Shown here in pieces: positions 43,905 to 52,261 of a DNA stretch of 64,000 nt (positions are counted from its first letter, which is position 1; each line of letters opens with the position of its first letter). Where the stretch lies: the NCBI GenBank assembly GCA_003278735.1, contig QCDO01000009.1, forward strand, positions 1,060 through 65,059. Direction: 5' to 3'. The notes beneath the pieces are model-generated. The model saw only the letters and a program-made list of their open reading frames with translations. It had not been told where the DNA came from and made no database searches. Source of the DNA: Prochlorococcus sp. AG-355-J09 (GTDB lineage Bacteria; Cyanobacteriota; Cyanobacteriia; PCC-6307; Cyanobiaceae). The position numbers and the translations under genes were made by a program.

Positions 43905-46211
43905 ATGGCAAAAAATATGGAAAGCATTCAATTAAATATTTCAGGAATGAAGTGCGGAGGTTGTGTTAGTACTGTTGAAAAAATATTAAATAATTCTGAT
44001 GGTATTGAAAATGTTTCTGTTAACTTACTCACTGAAAGTGCATATTTTGAAATTACTCAGAAACATATAGAGATAGAAGCAGTTCTCAAAAATCTAAAAG
44101 AAAATGGTTTCCCATCAAAAATTTATGTAAATGATTTTTCAAAAAAAATAAACAAGGCAGAATTAGAAAAAAAAAAGAAGTGGAATAATCAATGGAAAAA
44201 ACTAACATTTGCTTTATTACTTTTATTATTTTCAGGTTTAGGTCATCTAGCAGAAGGAGGATATATAAATTTTCCGATATTAGGTAATATATTTTTTCAC
44301 GCTTCATTAGCGACATTAGCTCTTTTATTTCCTGGCAGAGGAATAATTATTAATGGGTTTAAATCATTTATTAAGAACCGTCCTGATATGGATTCTCTAG
44401 TAGCTCTTGGAGTAACTAGCGCATATATAACAAGTCTTCTATCCTTAATATTTCCTGCTACTGGTTTTCCTTGTTTTTTTAATGAACCAGTTATGCTGTT
44501 AGGTTTTATATTGATTGGGCGTTTCTTAGAGGAAAGAGCAAGATATCAAACTGGTTCATCCATTGGAGAGTTATTAGATCTTCAACCTGAAATGGCAAAT
44601 ATCTACACAGAAGATAATCAAATAAAATCAATAAGAGTAAACACTTTAAGACCAAATCAAGAAATTCAAGTTTTAGCTGGAGACAGAGTGCCTGCTGACT
44701 GCATTGTTACTCAAGGCAATTCATATATTGATGTTTCGCATATCACTGGAGAATCCAAACCTATCGAGGTAAAAGAAGGCGAAAATCTATCTAGTGGGTC
44801 TTTAAATATTAATTCAACTCTTAGACTTAAAGTAAAAAATGTAGGAGGGGATTCTTCTCTTGCAAAACTAGTAAATCTTATTGAGTCTGTAAACGCTAGA
44901 AAACCTCGCATTCAAAGAATTGCCGATGAAATTGCAGGCAAATTTACTTACTTTGTGCTTATTTTTGCTACTTTAACTTTCTTCTTTTGGTGGAAAGGGG
45001 CAAGAAACATTTGGCCAGATTTATTAAGTCATAATCATCAATTCATCACTCACTCAAGCCATACACTTCATAGTTCGCTTGGTAGTAATGCTGAGAATTT
45101 TCTTAGTTTAGCCATACAATTGTCAATTGCTGTTTTAGTAATAGCTTGTCCTTGTGCATTAGGTTTAGCCACCCCAACTGTAATAACTGTCGCATCAGGT
45201 AAAGCAGCAAAAAAGGGCGTTTTATTTAAAGGCGGGGACAAAATAGAGATGGCTTCAAAAATTAATCAAATTATTTTTGATAAGACAGGCACTTTAACAA
45301 AAGGTAAGCCTTTCATTGTTGATTATAAAAATTATGATGATCATTCATTTTTATTAAAAATAGCTGCCAGTTTAGAAAAGGAAAGCAGACATCCAATCGC
45401 AGATGCCCTAATTCAAGAGGCAAAAAAGCAAAATTTAAGTTTATTTCCAATAAAGAAAATTTTTACTCATTCAGGGCGAGGTATTTCTGGAGAACTTAAA
45501 TCAATTGATGGAATTATTAATATTGGAAATATTGAATGGCTACTAAGCAAAGGAATAATTATTGATAGTGAAGCAAAAAAAGTCATTGAAAATGAAGAAA
45601 CAAAAACGAACACTATCATTGGAGTAAGTATCAAAGATAAGTTATTAGGCTTTATTTTGCTGGGAGATTTACTCAGAGATGATTCAATTAAAACAGTTCA
45701 AAATTTGAGAGAAAACAATTTTAAAATTAATATTTTAAGTGGTGATAGGAAACAAACGGTTTTAGCTTTAGCAAAAAAAATTGGTTGTAAAGAAACAGAA
45801 GTAAAATGGGATCTTCTTCCTGAAATGAAGCTCAAGACTATAGAAAATTTAAAAATTAATAATAAAGTGGCAATGATTGGTGATGGTATTAATGATGTCC
45901 CAGCCTTAGCATCCTCAGACTTAGGAATTGCGGTAGGATCTGGTACTCAAATAGCCAAGGCAAATGCAGATGTAGTATTAATGGGAGATCAACTAAATGG
46001 ATTACCCTACGCCTTAAATCTTGCAAAAAAAACTATAAGAAAAATAAATCAAAATCTAACATGGGCTTTTGGTTACAACTTACTAGCTATACCTTTAGCC
46101 GCCGGCATTTTATTCCCTAAATACGGTATTCTTCTTACTCCCTCAATAGCAGCATTATTGATGGCGATTAGCTCTATTACAGTTGTAATTAATGCTTTAT
46201 CTTTGGATTAA
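43905..46211 (+). CDS. Copper-translocating P1B-type ATPase
   Basis: 768 aa with an HMA domain (GMKCGGCV), the CPC motif ACPCALGLATP, plus DKTGTLT and GDGINDVPAL. Confidence 0.9.
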   Translation: MAKNMESIQLNISGMKCGGCVSTVEKILNNSDGIENVSVNLLTESAYFEITQKHIEIEAVLKNLKENGFPSKIYVNDFSKKINKAELEKKKKWNNQWKKLTFALLLLLFSGLGHLAEGGYINFPILGNIFFHASLATLALLFPGRGIIINGFKSFIKNRPDMDSLVALGVTSAYITSLLSLIFPATGFPCFFNEPVMLLGFILIGRFLEERARYQTGSSIGELLDLQPEMANIYTEDNQIKSIRVNTLRPNQEIQVLAGDRVPADCIVTQGNSYIDVSHITGESKPIEVKEGENLSSGSLNINSTLRLKVKNVGGDSSLAKLVNLIESVNARKPRIQRIADEIAGKFTYFVLIFATLTFFFWWKGARNIWPDLLSHNHQFITHSSHTLHSSLGSNAENFLSLAIQLSIAVLVIACPCALGLATPTVITVASGKAAKKGVLFKGGDKIEMASKINQIIFDKTGTLTKGKPFIVDYKNYDDHSFLLKIAASLEKESRHPIADALIQEAKKQNLSLFPIKKIFTHSGRGISGELKSIDGIINIGNIEWLLSKGIIIDSEAKKVIENEETKTNTIIGVSIKDKLLGFILLGDLLRDDSIKTVQNLRENNFKINILSGDRKQTVLALAKKIGCKETEVKWDLLPEMKLKTIENLKINNKVAMIGDGINDVPALASSDLGIAVGSGTQIAKANADVVLMGDQLNGLPYALNLAKKTIRKINQNLTWAFGYNLLAIPLAAGILFPKYGILLTPSIAALLMAISSITVVINALSLD

Positions 46212-46850
46212 ATGAAAGGAAAATTTATCGTTATTGAGGGTATTGATGGATGTGGTAAAACTACCCAAATAGATGAACTATCTAAATGGCTTCCTAATAG
46301 TGGTCTAATAAAGAAAGGGTCAAAATTAATCACGACTAGAGAGCCGGGGGGCAGTCTTTTAGGAAAAAAACTTAGAGGACTGATTCTTGAAAATAATGAA
46401 AATAATAAGCCTTCATCTCTTGCAGAATTATTGCTTTATTCAGCGGATAGAGCTGAACACGTTTCCAAAATTATTTCACCTGCTTTAAATAACAATGATT
46501 GGGTAATAAGTGATAGATTTTCCGATTCGACACTTGCTTATCAAGGTTATGGAAGAAATATAAATTTAGAAATAATTAAAAATATTGAATCTATTGTGTG
46601 TCAAGGAGTATCTCCAGATCTTACTTTCTTCTTAGAAATTTCTCCAGAAGAGAGCATATTTCGAAGAAAAAATGAAATTCCAGACAGAATAGAATCAGAA
46701 GGTATTAAATTTTTAGAAAAAGTAAATGAAGGCTTCAAACTAATTGCCAAACAAAAAAACTGGAAAGTAATATCTGCTTCACAAAATATTAAAACTATTT
46801 CCAATCAAATCAAAGAGACTTTACTAAACAATTTTTCTAATAACAAATGA
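46212..46850 (+). CDS. tmk: Thymidylate kinase
   Basis: 212 aa with the P-loop [12 protein letters not shown] and the motif DRF.DST.AYQG. Confidence 0.9.
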   Translation: MKGKFIVIEGIDGCGKTTQIDELSKWLPNSGLIKKGSKLITTREPGGSLLGKKLRGLILENNENNKPSSLAELLLYSADRAEHVSKIISPALNNNDWVISDRFSDSTLAYQGYGRNINLEIIKNIESIVCQGVSPDLTFFLEISPEESIFRRKNEIPDRIESEGIKFLEKVNEGFKLIAKQKNWKVISASQNIKTISNQIKETLLNNFSNNK

Positions 46851-47815
46851 TTGAGGTTAAAAAAAACAATTTTTTCTTGAATGAAGAAGTCAATACCTTT
46901 CTTAAGAACATAATTAAAAACAAATCATTGGCTAATGGTTATATATTTTATGGTGCTGAAGGATTAGGCAAAAAACAAACTGCTCTTGAATTTATAAAAG
47001 AGATTTTCAAACAGTATTCACAAAGCGAAAATGTTGAAGAGAGAATTACAAACAATAACCATCCTGATTTTTTAATTATTGAACCTAATTCTCTTTTATC
47101 AACAAAAAGTTCAGGAACATCCGATCTTGAAAAAACAGCAAAAAGTGGATCTGAGATTATTAAAATTGCTCAAATACGTAATATCAAAACTTTTCTTGGT
47201 CAAAAATCAATAAACTCAGAAAAAAAAATTGTTTTGATTATTGATGCACACCTTTTAAACGAAGCAGCCTCGAATTGCCTTTTAAAAACCTTAGAAGAAC
47301 CTAGTAACGGAATTTTTATTTTACTAACATCTAAATTAAATCTTCTCTTAGATACGATTATCTCAAGATGTCAAATCGTCAGATTTCGATCTTTTTCTAG
47401 TAAACAAATAAAGTCAATTTTAAAAGAATATTTAGATACTTCTAAATCAAAGATAAATACAAATTTAAAATTTGAAGATTTAATTAATTCAGCCAATGGA
47501 TCTCCAAATCAATTATTGAAAAATATTGAAATTTGGAATGATTTTTCAGATGAAATTATAAGTAAATTGGATTCTCCAATTAAAAATAGTCTAGAAATAT
47601 TAGAAATATCTAAATCAATATCTGAAAAATTAGAAATTTTGCAACAGATTTGTCTAGTAAATTTAATTCAAACAATTTGGTGGAGAAAAACAAAAAATAT
47701 CGGTTTAGTTAAAAAACTTGAAAATTTAAAATACCTCTTAAGAAATAACATTCAACCAAGGTTGTCATGGGAAATAGCTTTTTTAAAAATTTCAATGGAA
47801 GATGTAATAGATTAA
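46847..47815 (+). CDS. holB: DNA polymerase III delta-prime subunit
   Basis: 322 aa with an AAA+ clamp-loader-like sequence ([25 protein letters not shown]). It has an ATGA overlap with tmk. Confidence 0.8.
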   Translation: MIEVKKNNFFLNEEVNTFLKNIIKNKSLANGYIFYGAEGLGKKQTALEFIKEIFKQYSQSENVEERITNNNHPDFLIIEPNSLLSTKSSGTSDLEKTAKSGSEIIKIAQIRNIKTFLGQKSINSEKKIVLIIDAHLLNEAASNCLLKTLEEPSNGIFILLTSKLNLLLDTIISRCQIVRFRSFSSKQIKSILKEYLDTSKSKINTNLKFEDLINSANGSPNQLLKNIEIWNDFSDEIISKLDSPIKNSLEILEISKSISEKLEILQQICLVNLIQTIWWRKTKNIGLVKKLENLKYLLRNNIQPRLSWEIAFLKISMEDVID

Positions 47816-48594
47816 TCTACCGCAGAATTTATCAAGTTAGGATTTCTTGCTTGAATAAACTCTTGCCTAGCAGTTTCCACTTGAGAACCAATAGGTAACT
47901 CAAGACAATATCCAGCACCATATACAGTCTTTATATAAACAGGTTTACGTGGATCGGGTTCAAGTTTAGTGCGTAAATGTCTAATATGAACTCTTATTGT
48001 CTCAATATCATCATCAGGTTCATATCCCCATACTTCTTTAAGGATTAATGCTGGCGATACAGTTTGACCATGTCTCTGCAAAAGACAATGAAGAAGTTCA
48101 AATTCAAGATGCGTTAACCTAACAGGAGATTCAAACCATATAGCTTCAAATCTTTCCGGAACAAGAGTTAAAGGGCCATAATTTAATATTTCTTGCTGGT
48201 TAGTAGAATTTAATTGTGCTCTGTTGGTTCTCCTTAATAAAGCTTTTATACGTACATATAATTCTTCTAAATCGAATGGTTTAGTAATGTAATCATCTGC
48301 TCCAGAATTAAACCCAGTAACTTTATCTTTAAGGCCGCCTAACGCAGTTATCATCAAAATTGGTATATTTGATGTTCTTTCGTCTCTTCTTAATCGTTGG
48401 CACAAAGTTAAACCATCAACACTTGGTAGCATTAAATCCAAAAGTATTAGATCTGGTGAATATTGAAGAGCTAATGCTTGTCCTTTGATTCCATCTTCAG
48501 CTTTTTGGACATCAAAACCAGAATGTTCTAAATGTCTAGCAACCAAATCACGCATATCACGATCATCTTCAATTAAAAGGATTGAAATTTTCAT
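47812..48594 (-). CDS. rpaA: OmpR-family response regulator RpaA
   Basis: 260 aa with [13 protein letters not shown]...[20 protein letters not shown] and a winged-helix C-terminus. Confidence 0.8.
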   Translation of the reverse strand: MKISILLIEDDRDMRDLVARHLEHSGFDVQKAEDGIKGQALALQYSPDLILLDLMLPSVDGLTLCQRLRRDERTSNIPILMITALGGLKDKVTGFNSGADDYITKPFDLEELYVRIKALLRRTNRAQLNSTNQQEILNYGPLTLVPERFEAIWFESPVRLTHLEFELLHCLLQRHGQTVSPALILKEVWGYEPDDDIETIRVHIRHLRTKLEPDPRKPVYIKTVYGAGYCLELPIGSQVETARQEFIQARNPNLINSAVD

Positions 48595-48993
48595 ATTTAT
48601 AAACTATTAAATTAAGATTAAATTTTAGTAATATGATTCTCTCAAGAATTTGTAAAGATTGCTGAATTACTGTAAACAATTTTATCAATTAGAATTATCA
48701 GATAACTTAGTGATGGTAATGGATTAGATGGAAATTGCTAATTTTAATAAAGTTGAAATTTTAGAATTTCTTTCGATTCTATTCATTTTTTCTTAATAAT
48801 TAAAGGATTAATAGAAACAAATAATGGTTCGAATTGAAAGAATATTGTATTCAGATTGCCATTATATTTATATAAAAATTGATTTAAATGGAGTTTTTCA
48901 GCTTTCAAAATGTAATTAAGTTTAAAATTTTTTCATTTCTACAAAATGTTTAAACGCATAATACTATTTATATAAAAAAAAATTGAAGTATCT

Positions 48994-49353
48994 ATGAAAA
49001 AGAAATCTATTATTTATTCTGATTTATCAAAAAAACAACTAGAAGCTCTGAAAGAACTTTACATCTTAAAAAAAGTTGAATCGATGAGTCATCAAGAACT
49101 TAAAAAATATGTATTAGAAATTATTTCACATCAGATAAACGATACTATTGGCAAAGAAGAGGAAATGGAAGCATGGAGAGAAATGTCAGATTTTTTTGGA
49201 GAACAATTTGAAATAAATATCTTAGAAATACAAACAAAATATATTGACGATAAAAACGTAATTGAAACAGAAATAGATTCTCAGAAGCAAAGAATAGAAT
49301 TACTTGAAAGGAATAATTTAGATCAAGAGAAAAAGGATATGTGGGATGACTAA
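48994..49353 (+). CDS. Hypothetical acidic, coiled-coil-like protein (orphan)
   Basis: A 119-aa open frame isolated within about 1.1 kb of otherwise non-coding AT-rich DNA. No motif was recognised. Confidence 0.4.
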   Translation: MKKKSIIYSDLSKKQLEALKELYILKKVESMSHQELKKYVLEIISHQINDTIGKEEEMEAWREMSDFFGEQFEINILEIQTKYIDDKNVIETEIDSQKQRIELLERNNLDQEKKDMWDD

Positions 49354-49630
49354 AATTTCTTGAATGGTGTAGTAATTCAAAGTATGTAAACGAAAATATG
49401 TCTTAATTTTAAAGAAATGAAAATAAACCAAAGAGCTTGTTATTCACGTTTGCAGAGAATTTTGTAACCGTTCTAATAACTGTTCTTAAAAAACACCTAT
49501 GCAATTTAAAACTAAATATATTTAAAGTAAACTTGATTATACTAAATGTTCTATATACTGTTATTAAAATTATATCAAATATACTTGATTATATCTTCGG
49601 CTAACCACTATTTGGCAAAAAAAGTCAAAG

Positions 49631-49663
49631 AAATAAAAAAGTCACCTTTTTTATGGTGACTTT
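49631..49663 (-). terminator. Intrinsic terminator just downstream of the orphan tRNA-Asn 3' fragment
   Basis: On the minus strand this reads AAAGTCACC-ataaaaaa-GGTGACTTT, followed by TTTTTTATTT. Confidence 0.55.
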
Positions 49664-49684
49664 GGATAACTTTTTGGAATTTAT

Positions 49685-49703
49685 AAACTCCCCGGGCGGG
49701 ATT
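49685..49703. repeat. Distal att-like direct repeat: an orphan copy of the tRNA-Asn 3' end
   Basis: AAACTCCCCGGGCGGGATT is identical to 56889-56907. It is a GC-rich 19-mer in about 30 percent GC DNA. Confidence 0.75.
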
Positions 49704-49768
49704 ATATTCAACTCATCAAGAGTAGTCATGACATATCCTGAAGCACTAAATCCATAGAATTTATAGAA

Positions 49769-49789
49769 AAAACCCATAAGAAAACCCAT
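49769..49789. repeat. Tandem 9-mer AAAACCCAT-aag-AAAACCCAT (left inner arm of the island)
   Basis: The same arrangement, followed by the same TTTTTAT tail, occurs at 56748-56768. Confidence 0.55.
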
Positions 49790-49876
49790 TTTTTATTTGA
49801 TTCTCTTATAAAAAGAACTTAGAAGAAATTCAAGAGGAAAATAAATTTCTTTAGATGAATTTTTATACAAATTAGA

Positions 49877-50197
49877 TCAAATATCTTCTTCTCCGATAAA
49901 CATATATTCGGGAATATCTTCAGGATGATAATATTTCCATTCACATTTTGTGCATGCCCAACGACTCCTTACTGGTTCCATACAGCATCCCATAATTGCC
50001 CACTCTCCAGACTCAAATGCTTCTTTAGTTGGATGGCCCCACAAACATTTTTTTACAGTTTTTTTAGCACCACATCTTTTGCAATTTTGAACTTTATGCC
50101 AAAGATATTCACCATCTTGCAATAGAGGCAAATTTTCCATAAACTTACCCCGAAAGTACCAAGTATCATCAATTTTAGGTGGGGAATTTTTCTCCAT
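49877..50197 (-). CDS. Hypothetical Cys-rich protein of 106 aa, putative zinc ribbon
   Basis: It has CxxC at residues 39-42 and 82-85, additional Cys at 51, 71 and 72, and an acidic tail. It is the third gene of the coupled cassette. Confidence 0.5.
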   Translation of the reverse strand: MEKNSPPKIDDTWYFRGKFMENLPLLQDGEYLWHKVQNCKRCGAKKTVKKCLWGHPTKEAFESGEWAIMGCCMEPVRSRWACTKCEWKYYHPEDIPEYMFIGEEDI

Positions 50198-50199
50198 AA

Positions 50200-50373
50200 T
50201 TATTCTTCATAATCATATCCAGTAATTTCCTCATATCGAACTAGAACTTCTGCCCAAGTTTTGCATTGACCTGCAGCAAGAAGAACTTCATGCCACATAT
50301 CTACTGAAAGATGATTTTTATTTAGGAGTCTTGCCATTTTTCTTGATGCTTCAGGTCCATTTAGTTCATTCAT
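50200..50373 (-). CDS. Hypothetical 57-aa protein (MNELNGPEASRKMARLLNKNHLSVDMWHEVLLAAGQCKTWAEVLVRYEEITGYDYEE), absent from the ORF track
   Basis: Its ATG overlaps the upstream stop codon (ATGA at 50373-50370). Its TAA lies 2 nt before the next ATG. It fills the gap between the two flanking ORFs exactly. Confidence 0.45.
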   Translation of the reverse strand: MNELNGPEASRKMARLLNKNHLSVDMWHEVLLAAGQCKTWAEVLVRYEEITGYDYEE

Positions 50374-50573
50374 AAGAAATCACCCTCAACTTCAAAAGGT
50401 ATATACATCTCAGGATTCTTTATCCCATGTTTCTCTGCAGTTTCAAGCATGATTTTATGATCACGAACTAATGATTCATATGCTTCCTTTTCTTCCCCTG
50501 TAGCATCTTTGGGTAATTTTTCACCAGTTGTTGCAAGTGCTAATAGTTGTTGCCATTTTTTATTACTTATCAT
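50370..50573 (-). CDS. Hypothetical acidic 67-aa protein, first gene of the cassette
   Basis: An open frame divergent from hsdM across a 107-bp spacer. No motif was recognised. Confidence 0.45.
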   Translation of the reverse strand: MISNKKWQQLLALATTGEKLPKDATGEEKEAYESLVRDHKIMLETAEKHGIKNPEMYIPFEVEGDFL

Positions 50574-50680
50574 TAGATATGATTTCTACTTAATTAGAAA
50601 GATAACAAATCTAATGTCATAAAGTCAGCATTGAATCAAACAAAATAAAAACTAGGTATAAAATAAGAGCAATTATTTTA

Positions 50681-52261
50681 TTGGTCATTCCTAAAAAGAA
50701 ACAAAATACTCCACTAGATTTCAAAGCAGATCTTTGGGACTGTGCAAACAAACTGCGCAATCAGATGGATGCTGCAGAATATAAGCATTTAGTATTAGGT
50801 TTGATATTTTTGAAATATATTTCCGATTCTTTTGTTGAACAACAAAAAAAAGTTATGGAAATGATTAGTAATCCCAAGAATATTGAGTTTTATCTAGAAC
50901 CAGAATTGAGGGAAGAAGCGTTAGAAGATAAAGATTATTATGAACAAGATGTAATTTTTTGGGTACCACCAAAAGCAAGATGGGAATACATACAGAAAAA
51001 TGCAAAAGTTCCTAAAATTTTCAATGAGGGACAACTAATTGATGAAGCTTTAGTTTCAATTGAAAATGAGAATCCCTCATTGAAAGGAAAATTAGATAAG
51101 CGTTTTACTGCTGCATTACTAGAACCAGGAACAAAGGGACAATTAGTAGATGTTATCTCAAAAATTGGTTTCAACTCTAATGAAAAAGATAGAGATATTC
51201 TCGGAGAAGTTTACGAATATTTTTTAGGAAAATTTGCGGTGCTAGAAGGGAAAAATGCAGGATCTTTTTATACTCCCTCTCATGTAGTCAAATTACTAGT
51301 TGCTATTCTTTCACCTAATAAAGGTAGAGTTTATGATCCTTGTTGTGGTTCTGGTGGAATGTTCGTTCAAAGTGAAGATTTCATAAGGAATCACGGGGGG
51401 AAACTTGATGATATTTCAATTTATGGTCAAGAGAGCAACCCAACCACTTGGAGATTAGCCGCAATAAATCTCGCAATCAGAGGTATTTCTGCAAATTTAG
51501 GAAAAGAGCCAAGAGATACTTTTGCTGCTGATCAACATCCTGATCAAAAATTTGATTACATACTTGCAAATCCACCTTTCAATATTTCTGAGTGGAGTGG
51601 AGAAAAATATGATAATGATCCTCGTTGGGTATATGGGAGGCCACCTATAGGTAATGCTAACTTTGCATGGTTGCAACACATGCTTTGGAAGTTGAGACCA
51701 GGTGGTCAAGCAGGCATTGTACTGGCAAACGGATCTATGAGTTCCAATACGAGTAATGAAGGAAATATTAGAGAAGAAATGGTCAGAAAAGATGTAGTTG
51801 AAATAATGATTGCCCTGCCTAGTCAACTATTTCTGAATACTCAAATATCTGTATGCTTATGGTTTTTGACAAATGATAAAACTAAAAAAGGAAGAGATAG
51901 AAGAGGTGAAACTTTATTCATTGATGCTCGTCAAATTGGGAAAATGAAATCCCGTGTAGAAAGAATTCTTACTACTGAAGATATTTCTAAAATTGCAGAT
52001 ACTGTTGATTCTTGGCGCAATAAAGAAGACTTTGTTGGTGTAGAAGGTTTCTGCCACAATGCAAATTTTGAAGAAATTGAAAGAAATGGTTTTATTCTAA
52101 TTCCCGGAAGATATGTAGGTACTCTAGAAGAGGAAGATGATGATGAAAGTTTTGATGAAAAAATGAAAAAACTTACTTTTTTACTCAAAGAGCAACAAGA
52201 GGAAGGAGCAAAATTAGATAAGCAAATTAGTAATCACTTGAAGAGGATTGGTTATGGTTGA
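50681..52261 (+). CDS. hsdM: Type I restriction-modification system, DNA methyltransferase subunit
   Basis: 526 aa with an HsdM N-domain (LW..ANKLRN.MDAAEYKHLVLGLIFLKYISD), the SAM motif DPCCGSGGM and the catalytic NPPF (ILANPPFN). The start codon is TTG. Confidence 0.95.
   Translation: MVIPKKKQNTPLDFKADLWDCANKLRNQMDAAEYKHLVLGLIFLKYISDSFVEQQKKVMEMISNPKNIEFYLEPELREEALEDKDYYEQDVIFWVPPKARWEYIQKNAKVPKIFNEGQLIDEALVSIENENPSLKGKLDKRFTAALLEPGTKGQLVDVISKIGFNSNEKDRDILGEVYEYFLGKFAVLEGKNAGSFYTPSHVVKLLVAILSPNKGRVYDPCCGSGGMFVQSEDFIRNHGGKLDDISIYGQESNPTTWRLAAINLAIRGISANLGKEPRDTFAADQHPDQKFDYILANPPFNISEWSGEKYDNDPRWVYGRPPIGNANFAWLQHMLWKLRPGGQAGIVLANGSMSSNTSNEGNIREEMVRKDVVEIMIALPSQLFLNTQISVCLWFLTNDKTKKGRDRRGETLFIDARQIGKMKSRVERILTTEDISKIADTVDSWRNKEDFVGVEGFCHNANFEEIERNGFILIPGRYVGTLEEEDDDESFDEKMKKLTFLLKEQQEEGAKLDKQISNHLKRIGYG

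Noticed and set aside
48649-48678. Two TGTAAA hexamers (TTTACA on the rpaA strand) spaced 20 nt apart upstream of rpaA, considered as a possible RpaB HLR1 box
   Set aside because: HLR1 consists of two 8-nt repeats separated by 2 nt. Here the spacing is 20 nt and one repeat deviates from the consensus. Such hexamers are expected by chance in AT-rich DNA.
48871-48988. Repeated ATTTATATAAAAA...TTGA strings at about 48875 and about 48965
   Set aside because: These are low-complexity A/T sequence, with no structure beyond what the base composition predicts.
49731-49742. TATCCTGA(A/G)G present near both island ends (49732 and 56789)
   Set aside because: The match is only 9 of 10 nt. Its order relative to the 9-mer arrays is not collinear at the two ends. 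It is most likely coincidence.
49625-49789. 54-aa minus-strand ORF (MGFLMGFFYKF...) spanning the left att copy. A 20-aa look-alike (MGFYMGF...) lies at the right arm.
   Set aside because: The shared MGFxMGF start is simply the translation of the tandem AAAACCCAT repeats. The frame runs through the tRNA fragment and the terminator hairpin, so it is a by-product of the DNA repeats rather than a gene.
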